A program made the translations under genes and the position numbers. A stretch of DNA of 46,170 bases from Neocallimastix sp. 'constans' (lineage: Eukaryota), in NCBI GenBank assembly GCA_050613775.1, contig JBODTK010000111.1, positions 496,001 through 542,170 on the forward strand. Reading direction: 5' to 3'. Below, piece after piece: positions 13,119-29,309 of this stretch. The notes beneath the pieces are model-generated. The model saw only the letters and a list, made by a program, of their open reading frames with translations, made no database searches and had not been told where the DNA came from. Within the stretch, counting starts at the first letter, position 1. Each line of letters opens with the position of its first letter.

Positions 13119-13568
13119 TTATTTAGTTGTTATAAAAAAAATATTTTAAAATAATTAAAATAAATCATAAAAGTTTTTATAGATAATATTTAAAATTTTA
13201 TTATTGCTAATTTTATAATTACATTACTATTATTTATTTATTTATTATATTTATAAAATTTTATATAGGATATACTTTTTAAATTTTTTATTTTTTTTTT
13301 TAAAAAAAAGGTAGTACAAAACATTTATATCAAAATTTAGTTTTTGTTAACTATAGGACCATTATTTAAGAATTAAAAAAAAAATTGAATATTAAAGTAT
13401 ATTTAAATAACTTATATTATTTATATACAATTATTTTTATAATAATTATTATTATTATCATTATCATTATAATTATTACTCTTTAAAATTTGAAATAAAT
13501 ATTTTAATAATTAAATATTTAAAACCAAAAGAACCAAAACCAAAACCAAAACCAAAGCCAAAAAAGAA

Positions 13569-13599
<31 letters not shown>

Positions 13600-13954
13600 T
13601 AATAATAATAATAATTATAATAATAATAAAAAGTTCTATTATAATCATTTTCATTATATTTATTGTTCAATATGACAAAATTTATGGCTTATTAAATATT
13701 TAATAGAATTTTATTATATTGAAATTCCAATATATTTAAAAAAAAAAAAAAAAAAAAATTAAGGTATCTTAATTATTTAAGTAATAAATGCATTTTATTA
13801 TAATATTCATTTTTTTTTAAAGAAATTATAAATTGTAAATATATTTATGAATAATTTGTAAGAAATAATTTATTTTTTTTTTTTTTTTTGTTGATATACT
13901 TAATTAAATATTATTAAATATAATATTTTTGATAATTAATTTAATTAGCTATGA

Positions 13955-15618
13955 TTATTTTAATGAGGTTAAATTAAATATTGAATTTCTCTGTTTTTTT
14001 GTATTATTATGATTATTATTATAATTATTATTGTAGTTGTTGTTGCTGTTGCTATTGTTATTAATATTATTATAATTATCATAGTTATTATTATTATAAT
14101 TATTATTAACATTATTATTATTACTATTATTATAATTATTGTTATTATTAACATTATTATTATTACTATTATTATAATTATTGTTATTATTATAATTATT
14201 ATATTGCTTTGAAGATTCAATATTTCTAGAATCATAATTATTGAAAGAAGTATTACTCATGCTATTTACATTGAAATTGTGAAGTGACGAAGCCCTTGTA
14301 AATTCATTATTCGGATTATTAATTTTATCATAATTTTGATTACTGTTATTACTACTATATCTTGGTCTTTTATTAAGTCTATTTTGATACTTTGAGAGAT
14401 CTTTTTGATTTTGAGTTCTATTTAATATATCATTTTTGTCATAGACAATATTACCTATTATAAAAATAAAAAAAAAAAATTTTTTTTATAATCCATTTTG
14501 AATTATTAGTAGTTAAGAAAAAAAAAAATTTTTTTTATATTTATCATTATAATTAATTAATTTATATGTATATATATTTATTTCTTTACGTTTTCTATTT
14601 CTAAAGTACATTGGATTTCTTCCTATTTCTTTATTAGTATTCGTATTTGAATTATCATTCATTCTGTTATTGTAATATTTGCTTAAGGCTGAATTACTAT
14701 TTATTTCTATAATATTTTGAGTGTCATTTTCAGGTTCATCATCACTTGAAATTTCTTCTTGACTTGATTCAGTATCATCTTCATTACTTTTTGAAATTGA
14801 TTCTGCAATTTTCTCAATTAAATTTTTTGCAAGTTCTTCTTCCTTTTCATTATCTAAATTATTTAATTCATTCAACTATATAATATATATATATATATTT
14901 TTTTTTTTAAAAAAAAAAAATTGGTTAATTCCATTAGATTTGTTAAATTTGCTGTAAAAAATTAATATTAAAAATATTACTTTCTTTCCTTCATTCAATG
15001 AATCAATTTTTTCTTTCCCTTTAACTTCATTTTCTTCTTCATTTTCACTATCATTTTCACTATCACTTAAATACATATTCCAATGAGAATTTTTCTTTCC
15101 ATAATCATTGATATTGTCATCATATGACTTATTTGTTTCTTTTGTTTTATCCCTTTTAAAATATGAATCTATTGTTCTATTTCCTGAATTTTGATACCTT
15201 TCATCATAATTTCCATAATTTAAAATGGATTTTAATTTTTTCTTTTCCTCTAATAGTGGTATAATTTTCGCATTACATTCTTGCACATGTGCTCTACAAT
15301 TTGAAGGATTTGTTGATTCTAAATAAACTCTTAAAACACTTTGCTTATAATTACATATTTTACAACTGAATTTTCTTTTTTTATTTTCCTATGTATTTAA
15401 ATTTTCATTTTAAAGTAATAATAATAATAATAATAATATATTTAAGTTTTTTTTTTTTTTTTTTTTAATTTTCCTTTAATTTTTTTTAAATGAATAATTT
15501 ATTTCTTTATTATAAATATTTTTATTCTGTTTAAATATATATATTATTTTGTGTTAAATACCTGTTGAACTTGAAATATATTACAGTTACAACATCTAAC
15601 AACAAGAAAATTTGGCAT
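13955..15618 (-). CDS. MRNIP: MRN complex-interacting protein-like (C5orf45/UPF0544 family); 4 exons 15618-15562, 15388-14981, 14875-14590, 14454-13955
   Basis: Spliced N-terminus MPNFLVVRCCNCNIFQVQQ|ENKKRKFSCKICNYKQSVLRVYLESTNPSNCRAHVQECN matches the MRNIP pattern (RCxxCxxFQxxQ..CKxCxxKQS..CRxHVQxxN); the rest is acidic/Asn-rich low complexity; junctions in frame. Confidence 0.82.
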
Positions 15619-16452
15619 TCACATATATAATATAAGAATATATTATTTAATTTTTTTTTAATTTTAATTTTTTTTTTTTCCCTTTTTTTTTTATTAATTT
15701 TTATATTAATATATAAAAAAAATAAAAATGAAAATAAAAATAAAAATAAAAATAATATATATATGTAAAATAAATTAAATTTGGCATAAATTTATGAAAA
15801 TATCATAAAATATAATTAATTTTGAATTTTTAATAATTATTATGTAAAAAAAAGGATATATATTTAACATAAATATTTATATTTTATTTTATTAATGATT
15901 ATTTTATATATGTATTTTACACAAAAAGAATAAAAATATTGATACATTATTGTAATAAAAATGTAAATTAATACATTACAATTTATGTCTTTAATACATA
16001 AATCAATATATATTATAAAAATATTAAATAATATATATGAATATATATTAATTTATTGATTTTATATATAACTAATTTTATTAATCTCTTTATGGATTGT
16101 ATTATTTTTATTTTCTTTTTATATGTTATAAAATATCATTAAAAAAAAAATAATAATAAAATATAAATAAAATAGAGTAGTTAAAAAAAAAAAAATAATA
16201 AATAATAGTTAGAGTAAATAAAGCTTCAAATTTAAAAAAATAAATATCAGAATATTTTATAGTAATAATATTAAAATATTCTGTTTATATTTATAGATAT
16301 AATAAAATAAGCAAATAAAAAAAAAAAATTCAATAACATATATATAAATAATAAAAATAATAAAAATAATAATAAAAAAAAAAAGTAAAAATAAATCAAA
16401 ATAAACAATTCATAAAAGTTAGAAAGAAAAAAGAAAAAAAGAATTATAAAGA

Positions 16453-17047
16453 ATGACTGAACCTTGCTATACACTTATTCAACAAGATGACGATAAAGAA
16501 CAGTTATCAATACAGGATTTAAAGAAAGCTTTGGAACATGGAAAAGATGAACAAAAAATTCAAACTATGAAAAAGATTATTACTCTTATGGTCAACGGAG
16601 ATCCATGTCCACAATTACTTATGCATGTTATTCGTTTTGTTACTCCATCAAGAGATAAGAGATTAAAAAAATTATTACTTAATTACTGGGAAGTATGCCC
16701 AAAAACAAATCCAGATGGCAAACTTAAGCAAGAAATGATTCTTGTTTGGTAAATATTTTTTTTATTTATTATATCTATCTATTATATATATAATTTTTCA
16801 TTTATTTTATCATTATTATTATAATAATAATAATAATAATAATAAATATATATTAAACAGTAATAATATTTAGTTTAAACAATTTTATAAATAAAATTTT
16901 GTTATTATTATTATTATTTATATAAATCAAATTTCAACAAAGTAAAGAAAAATAGCGAAAAGTTTATTTTAACATTAGAATTTTTTTATTGATATTAAAA
17001 TGGATTAACAATTAACATTTTTATAGTGTACAAGATGTAGATAAACA

Positions 17048-17079
<32 letters not shown>

Positions 17080-18811
17080 GGCTAAAAACAGAACGAAACA
17101 AAATTAAAAAATTGTTATTTACAAATCAATATTACATTTTTAAATATATATAATTAAATTTATTATTATTATTATTATTATTATTTTTTTTTCCTTTATT
17201 CATAATAGTAATTATTATAAGAATGATCTTCAACATCCAAATGAATTTATTAGAGGATCGACCTTAAGATTTTTATGTAAACTTCGTGAACCCGAATTAT
17301 TAGAACCACTTATTCCTTCAGTTAGAGATTGTCTTGTAAAATATCACAATGTTTTTTAAATAAATAATTTAAATATTAATTTTTTAATACAATAATGCAA
17401 TTTTAAATAATACTAAATAAATACATTTTATTCAATATGTATTATTATAAATAAAAAGAATCATAAATATGCATATGTTAGAAAGAATGCTATCTTTGCT
17501 ATCTATTCTATATATAAGAATTTCCCAAATCTTATTCCAGATGCCACCGAATTAATTTCAAATGTTCTTATTGTTGTAAGTAAATTTATATATAATGTTG
17601 AAAAAATAAAATAACAAATAATAAATAAATTAATTATTTATTTGGGATACATAAATTACAAAAGTATTGATATAATGAAATTATAATACAAAATAAAAAA
17701 TATGATAATAACAAAAATAATACTAAATATTAAAAATAGGAAACTGATATGAGCTGTAAAAGAAATGCACTTGTTACTTTAGCAAACATTTCACTTCCAT
17801 TAGCAGCTGAATACTTAAACTCTGTTTGGAGTCAAATTGATAGTTTCGATGAAGCTTTACAATTAGCTGTTATTGAAATTATTATGAAAGATTGTAGAAA
17901 TCCAACTGCTAATAAGGTATATATATTATTTTTTTTAATCATAAAATATTCTTATTCATCGATATAAATATTTATTATAAAGCAATATATATATCATAAT
18001 TATCATCATCATAATAATAATAAAAAAGAATCATATAATTAATATTTATTGTTATTATATTTTCTATGAATATTGATTTTTTAATTTTTAATTCTTTTCT
18101 TTTTTTTTTTTTTTTTTTTATTTTATTTTTTAAATTAATAAGAGCAAATACATTCAATGCATTTTCTCATTACTTCAATCTAATTATGCATCTGTTAAAT
18201 ATGATGCTGCTACTACTTTAGTTACCCTTTCATCACATGAAACTGCAGTTAAGGGTAAATAAATATTATTAATATTAATATTTATTAAAAAAAATAAGTT
18301 CAAAGAAATATTAATTATTAAATTTTGATTGAATTAATATTTAATAGCTGCTGCTTCATGCTATATTTCATTAATTATGAAGGTTCCAGATAATAATGTT
18401 AAATTAATTGTATTAAATAAATTAAATGACCTTCGTGAAAAGCATGGAAGAATTATTGATGGAATGACTATGGATATTTTATGTGTTCTTTCGAGGTAAT
18501 AAATATTTTTTTTTTTTCAAAATAAAATATAATATTGTATATATAAATATTTTTATTAATAATAAATAATATTATTAAAATTAATAGTCCAGATATTGAA
18601 GTTCGTAGAAAGTGTATTGACATTGCTCTTGAAATGGTTTCAAGTAGAAATGTTGATGAAGTTGTTTCATTTTTAAAGAAGGAACTTGTTAAAACTCATG
18701 ATCAAGAATATGAAAGAGTTAGTATTTTTTTTTTTTTTATTATAATTTATAAAAATTAATAATATAACTAATAATAATTATATATTTTATCTATCTATCT
18801 AACTATATATA

Positions 18812-18870
<59 letters not shown>

Positions 18871-21800
18871 TTTAATAAATTATATTATGAAAAATTAATG
18901 ATTTATGAAAATGTTATATAAATAAAGAATACTGAATATCGTCAACTTCTTATTCATGCTATTCATACATGTGCTATTAAATTCCATGAAGTTGCTGCTA
19001 ATGTTGTTTATGTTTTAATGGAATTCTTAGGTGATGCTCATAATGCTTCTGCTGTTGATGTTATTGCTTTTGTCAAGTAAATATATAAATATGTTTAACA
19101 ATATTATTAATTTTTTTTTTTTTTTTGTTAAAAAATCATCATATTGAATAAATAAAATTATTATTATTATTATTATTTTATTATTGTTGAAAATAATTAT
19201 TAAAATCTTAATCAATTAAAGGGAAGTACTTGAAAAAATCCCAGAATTACGTTCAAAAATTGTTCAAAAGTTGATGGAATCTTTCATGGAAATGAAAACT
19301 GGTAGAGTTTTCAGAGGTGCTTTATGGATTATTGGTGAATATTGTTTAACAGCTGAAGATATTGAAGCTGCAATGAATGAAATAAGAAACGCTTTAGGTG
19401 AATTACCATTACTCGCTTCTGAACAAGTAAATTTTTTTTTAATATTTATTATATAATTAAATTTAAATATATATAATTAAATTTATTATATGTATATATA
19501 ATTATTATATTATTTAAATTTATAATTATAATTAAAAATTTTAATTGTTATAATTTAAAATTATTTATTTTAAATTAATAATAATATTAATAATAAAACA
19601 GAAAAGTTATGAAAATGAATTAGATGACAGTGAAAAGAAAGAAGGTGAAGAAAAGAGATCAACTCAACCACGTGTTTTAGCTGATGGTACTTATGCCACT
19701 GAAAGTGCTTTCAGTAGTTCTACTACTGCAAAGAAGGAAAACAAACAAAAACCACCAATTAGAGCTTTATTATTAAAGAGTGATTTCTATTTAGGTTCTG
19801 TTTTAGCTTCTACTCTTACTAAGCTAGTATTAAGATATGAAGACTTATGTAAAGATGTTGAAAAAGTTAACTCTTTAAAATCTGAAGTAAATATTTTTAC
19901 TTAATTTTATTATTATATATTGAATTGTAATATATTGTCATCTTAATTTAATATATTTATAAATATAAAAATTAAAAAAAAAAATTTATTTTTAAAAATT
20001 TTTTAATAGGCTATGTTAATTATGACTGGTATTATTAACCTTGGTCGTTCCAAGTTTGTTAATTCTACTATTGATGAAGATTCAGTTGATCGTATTATGA
20101 CTTGTCTTCGTACATTATCTTCTGTTCCAGAGGACCAACCATTAAAGGATGCCTTCTTAAATGATAGTAGAAATGCTTATTCCCAATTAGTACGCAACCA
20201 AGATGTAAGTGAACTATAAAAAATTAATATGTAAATTAATAAATTCATAAATAAATCAATAAAATTTAATAATTATAATGTAAAAAATAATTATAAAACC
20301 AATTTTAGAAAAAGGCTGCCGAAGAAAAGGAATTAAATAAGAAGAATCATGCTGTTCAAGTTGATGATGTTATTAACTTCAGTTTATTAAAATCAAAGAA
20401 GAATGTTCAATCTGACAATGATGAAGTATGAACATATTTAATATAATTATAATATTATTACAATAATAAAATAGAATATTAATTAATAAAATATTGATTA
20501 ATAATAATTTTTTTCTTTATTTCTTGTAATATTTTTTTTTCTCCTTAAATCATAAGGTTGAAGCTGATCTTACTCGTGCTACAGGTTCATCTAGTAAGAC
20601 TACTAAGGTAACTTCACAATTAAGTAGAGTTATGCAATTAACTGGTTTCTCTGATCCAGTTTACGCAGAAGCTTATGTCAATGTTCATCAATACAATATA
20701 TTACTTGGTATTTATAATTTTTAATATGTTGTTATTATTATAATTATAATTATAATTAATATTATTATAAATGATTTTTATATATACTAATATAAATATT
20801 GTTTGAAAAATATATGTATAAAATTTTTATATTAATTTATTATCTTTTATTAATATTATCTTCAATATATAGATATCCTTATCGTTAATCAAACTAGTGA
20901 AACTCTTCAAAATCTTACTTTAGAATTCTCTACTCTTGGCGATCTTAAATTACTTGAAACTCCAGTTCCACATACTTTAAGACCACATGGTTTCCATACA
21001 GTTAAGGCTAATATTAAGGTTTCATCTACTGAAACTGGTGTTATATTTGGTAATATAGTATATGATGGTCCAGGTGCTTTAGATACTTCATGTGTTATCC
21101 TTAATGATATTCATATTGATATTATGGATTATATTAAACCAGCTTACTGTTCTGAAACTAAGGTAAAGATTATGATAACAGAAATAACAATATTAATAAT
21201 AATAATTATAATTATCATTGGAATAGTAATACTAATAACATACTAATATAATTTTAATTTATATATAATTTTTTTTTTTTTTCATAAAAACAAAAATAAA
21301 ATAAAAAAATTAGTTCCGTTCAATGTGGACTGAATTTGAATGGGAAAACAAGGTTAACGTTAATACAAATATAACGTAAGTGATATATATGTCATTAAGT
21401 TAAATATTATTTTATTTCTTTTTTTTTTTTTTTTTTTTTTAAATAAGAAAAAATTATTAATGAAATATAATTATATATATATATATTATATTTTAGTGAT
21501 TTAAGACAATATATTAATCATATTATGAAGACCACTAATATGGCTTGTCTTACACCTGAACATGCTTTATCAGGTGAATGTGGTTTCTTAGGTGCTAATA
21601 TGTACGCTAGAAGTATATTTGGTGAAGATGCTTTAGCTAATATATGTTTAGAAAAACAAGGCGATTCAATTGCTGGACATATTCGTATTCGTAGTAAGAC
21701 TCAAGGTATCGCTCTTAGTCTTGGTGATAAGGTAAATAATTGATTATATTATATATATATATATGCATTTTTTTTTTTTTTTTTATAAAAAAAAAGTAAT

Positions 21801-21877
21801 AATTATTAATATTAATAATATTTCATTTTATATTCATTTAATAGATAACATTAAATCAAAAGATTCTTAAAAATTAA
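16453..21877 (+). CDS. SEC26: Coatomer subunit beta (beta-COP), 17 exons
   Basis: [112 protein letters not shown]; last exon 21845-21877 [10 protein letters not shown]. Confidence 0.97.
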
Positions 21878-22987
21878 TGGGATTAAATAAATGAATTCTC
21901 AGAAAGAAATAAAATAATAATAATAATAACAATAATAATAAAATAATAAAATAATAATAATAAAATATACGTTTTCTTTTTGTTTTTTCTTATTAATTTT
22001 AAAAAAAATTTTTATTCATTCATTTTTTTATAATTCTTTTATTACATAATAATTATCAATCAAATTAGTAATAAAAAAAATTAAAAAATATACATATATA
22101 AACTATAAAATAAAATTAAAAAAAAAATAAATTAGAAAAAAAAAAATATTAAATAAGTAAAAAAATTAAATAAATAAAAAAGAAAAATAATAATATTTAA
22201 AAAATAAAAAAAAAAAAGAAAAGAAAATAATAAACAAATATAATATATAAGTTTTTAATTTTATTTATTTTTTTTTTTCCTAAAAAGAATATAAAAAATT
22301 TAAGAAATTAAGCTTTTCAGATATGATAATTTATAATAAATTAATTAAAAGAATATTAGTACAATAAAGAAAAAAAGAAAATTAAAAAAAATATATATAT
22401 ATATAAATATATACAAAAAATTAAATAAATTAAACATATAAACAAAATAAAAATAAAAATAAAAATAAAAATAAAATAAAATAAAATAAAATAAAAATAA
22501 AATAAAAATAAAATAAAATAAAATAAAAAAAAAAAAAAAAAAAATTAAAATAAAAATTAAAAAATAATGAAGTAAAATTTTATTATTTCTTTTTTATATT
22601 AAATTATTATTTTTATATTAATATTTTATATATATACATTTTTTTATTAATAGATATATTTTTGATATTATTATTTGTTTAATAATTAATATATAAAAGA
22701 CTAATATATTAAAATATAGAAAAATGTAATTTTAATTATTTATTATTTTTTTTTTTTTTTTTTTTTTTTTATATTACTATTATTATTAATAGGTTTTAAA
22801 ATTAAAAATTTTATTTTTATTATTTTATTTGTAAGAAATAATAATAGATATATTAGAATTTGATTATTTGAATATATATATATATATATATATTTTTTTA
22901 ATATTTAATAATATTTAATAATTTATATGTCTATATATATTTTTATTATTATTATTATTATTTAATCAATTTAATTTATTTTTTTAT

Positions 22988-25934
<2,947 letters not shown>

Positions 25935-26445
25935 TCTTTTTAATATATATGTATATATGTATTTTTTTTTTTTTTAATAAGTTTTAACAATATAAAAAAA
26001 AAAAAACAAAAAAAAACTTTGATATATTAATTAATATTTAAATAATGATTGCCAATCATTTTGAATAATTGATTAATTATAAATATTTGCACATGCTTTT
26101 CAAATGAATTTTAAGATTTACATTAATCAATGATTAAAAAACATTTTATGATCTATTTATTAATTTTACTATAATTAGAATAAAAAAAATTTTTTTTTTT
26201 ATATCCAAGTTAATTAAAATTTAATTATAAATATCAATTTCTTTTTATAATTATATACCAAAAGAAAACTTTAAATATAATTATAATATTAATATAAAAA
26301 TATAAAATATCTTCAAAAAAACAAAACAAAAAAAAAAAAAAGTATGAGCAAAAAAAAAAATTAATAAATAAGTGTATTTAATAAATATTACATTAAATTG
26401 AAGGTCTTAAGTTTATTTAACAAGTAATTATTAAGATAAAAAAAA

Positions 26446-27519
26446 ATGAATTCTGCAAATAATATTTTATATAAATTTGATATATATGGAGCTGTTAATT
26501 CAATTGTCTATCAGCAAGCAAAAATACTTTCAAAGGTATGAAATTGCTTTAAATTAATAAATAAAAATATGATAATTATTAGTCTCTTTTTCTTATTTTT
26601 TTTTTAATAAAAATTACTAATATCTTTTTTATTTTCTGTATTGTAAATCGTTATCAATTATTAATTAAAATGTAAATAGTTTTTGAATGATGATGAAAGT
26701 AGTAATAGGGCCAAATTAAATCCAATGGATCCATTTGAATTTTCAGAATACAAGACCAAACTTAAACAAGTAATTAAAAAAAATATTAATAAATATTTAT
26801 TATATTTAATTCTTTTTTTAAATCATCTGAATAGTGAATTAATAAAAAAAAATAATTATATTTATAGCAAGGAAAAATCTCAAATGAAGGACTATCATTA
26901 ATTGTTATAAAGAACGATAATGAATTTATAGATTTTAATGAATTTTTAAAATGGATGACTAAAAACACTAAATATAAAGGTGATTTCCCCGAAGAATATC
27001 AATTAAAAATGCTTGCAAATAAAGAACAGGATAAGTTTTTAGTTGAATTACAAAAAAAAGTAAATATAGAATTATATGTAAATAATTAAATAGATTATAA
27101 TATCAGTATATATATATTTAATTAATATTTATTATTCATATTTTTTATATTAAATCGTAAAATGTATCATTTTAAATGAAACTTTATTATCTATATATGT
27201 ATGCATATATATGTAAATTTATATGTACGTACAATTAGCATCCTATAGTATATTTAAATATTACAATTGAAAACAGACCAGTTGGCCAATTTATTATTAA
27301 GGTACTATATGAATAATTAATTTAAATTTCGAAATTTAATTAATGATATCTTTAATACAAATATAAAATATATAAAAAATATAAGGATCTATAATAACAT
27401 GTTGAAATATATAACAATATCTATTTATTAATATTAATATTATTATTATTCTAATTATTATTATTATAATTATTATAATTATAATTATTATTCTAATTAT
27501 TATTATTCTAATTATTATA

Positions 27520-27572
<53 letters not shown>

Positions 27573-27819
27573 TTATAAAGTTATTCCAAAATAAATGCCC
27601 AGAAACAAGTAAATGGTTTTATAACTTCTTTAAAAGTGATTCAGAAATATCTTATAATGGTATTAGGTTTGAACGTTTAGTACATAATGGATGGATTCAA
27701 AGTGGAGGTATTATGAATTAATAATTTATTGTATTTTTTAGTAAAAAATTTTTGTATTATTATTATTTCAAATATTTAATATTATCATTATCATTACTAT
27801 TACTATTATTATAATTATA

Positions 27820-27852
<33 letters not shown>

Positions 27853-28544
27853 GAATTCCAACAGGGTGATGTAAGAATTATTGAGAGTATTCCAAGTAAA
27901 TATCGATTTTATTGAAATATTAAAAAATTTAATTAAATTAATTATTTTTTATATATTAAACTTTAATAATTGTATTAATTTTTATAGTTGAAAATTTTGT
28001 TATTCCACATTCATCAAGAGGTATTGTTTCTTTATGTAATTTAGGCCCACCAAACCCAACTGAAAATAGTTCACCTGTAGATATGATATAGTATTTCAAT
28101 AATTAATATATTTATTTATTTAAATATATATAATATTAAATTTATAAATATTTAATTTATTTGAAATATTAGTTTATGATTCAATTTAAAGAAAATCCAT
28201 TTTTCGATAAAAAATACATTGCATTTGGAAAGCTTGTTTTTGGAGATGTCCTTTTGGACCAAATTGAAAAAATTCCAACAAAATATGAAAAACCAATTAA
28301 CGAAATTAGAATTTCTAAGGCCGGAATTTGGCAAAGTGAAGATGAATCTAACAAACCACCAGAATATAAAGAATTTGAAGATAAAGTTAAACCAGAAGTT
28401 TTACGTAATTGGTTTATTAAAACAAATGCAAAAATAAATTATACTGAAAGTTATAAAGAAAGATTACAAGAATTACCATTACAACTAGAATTAGAGCAAC
28501 AAGCAAATGAAGAAGCCAATTCATTAATAATTGAATATCAATAA
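26446..28544 (+). CDS. PPIL6: PPIL6/RSP12-like cyclophilin, probably inactive PPIase, about 8 exons
   Basis: N-terminal extension MNSANNILYKFDIYGAVNS..., then cyclophilin fold VYLNITIENRPVGQFIIK|LFQNKCPETS, FERLVHNGWIQSG (PPIL6-type NGWIQ), ENFVIPHSSRGIVSLCN, FFDKKYIAFGKLVFG, IPTKYEKP. Confidence 0.78.
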
Positions 28545-29309
28545 TCTTATAAAAAATATATATAACATTATATATATTAATTGATATTATATTTTTTTTT
28601 TCTTCTTTTCTTATTCTTATTTTTATGTAAAGTTCATGTATAATTTTTATGTTAATAAATCAAATTAAATTTATAATTTTTAGATATTAATTTAATTAAA
28701 AACACTATCTATACTCATTAATAAATTTTAATTATAAAAAAATAAAAGAATGATTCTTGAAATATTATGATTCAAAATGAACTATTTTATTTTATAGTCA
28801 ATAATTTAACATTATAAAATATATTTACAATTTTTTTTAATACTTTATTGTGCTTATATTTTTTTTTTTCTCAACTATAAATATATATTCATGTAATATA
28901 AAAAATAATTTTTTATTTTTTTATTAAAATATTTAATATATTAATTTGTTAATGATTATTCATTCATTTTTTTATTTTTAAAAAAAATTTTTTTTTTTGA
29001 AATATTGGATTTTTTCTTAGTATTTTTTTTTTTTTTTTTTCATATATTGAATTAATAAATTTATAAATAAAAATATAAATAAAATATAAAGTTTATAATA
29101 TATATTTTTATTAACATAAATTACAATGAATATTATTATTAATTGTTTTAATAAATCATACCTATAATAAAATTATTTTATAACCAATCATATATCAGAA
29201 ATCATTTTTAAAATATTAAATTGTTTTTATTTTAAAACATTGCTTTATTATTTTCATTAACATTATAATTATATAAAGATTATAATAAATAACCTTTCCA
29301 TTTACCATC

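Noticed and set aside
13520..13566. (AAAACC)n-like run giving KP or FG repeats; considered as telomeric seed or exon
   Set aside because: Short, imperfect, not TTAGGG, and without a convincing gene context or splice sites.
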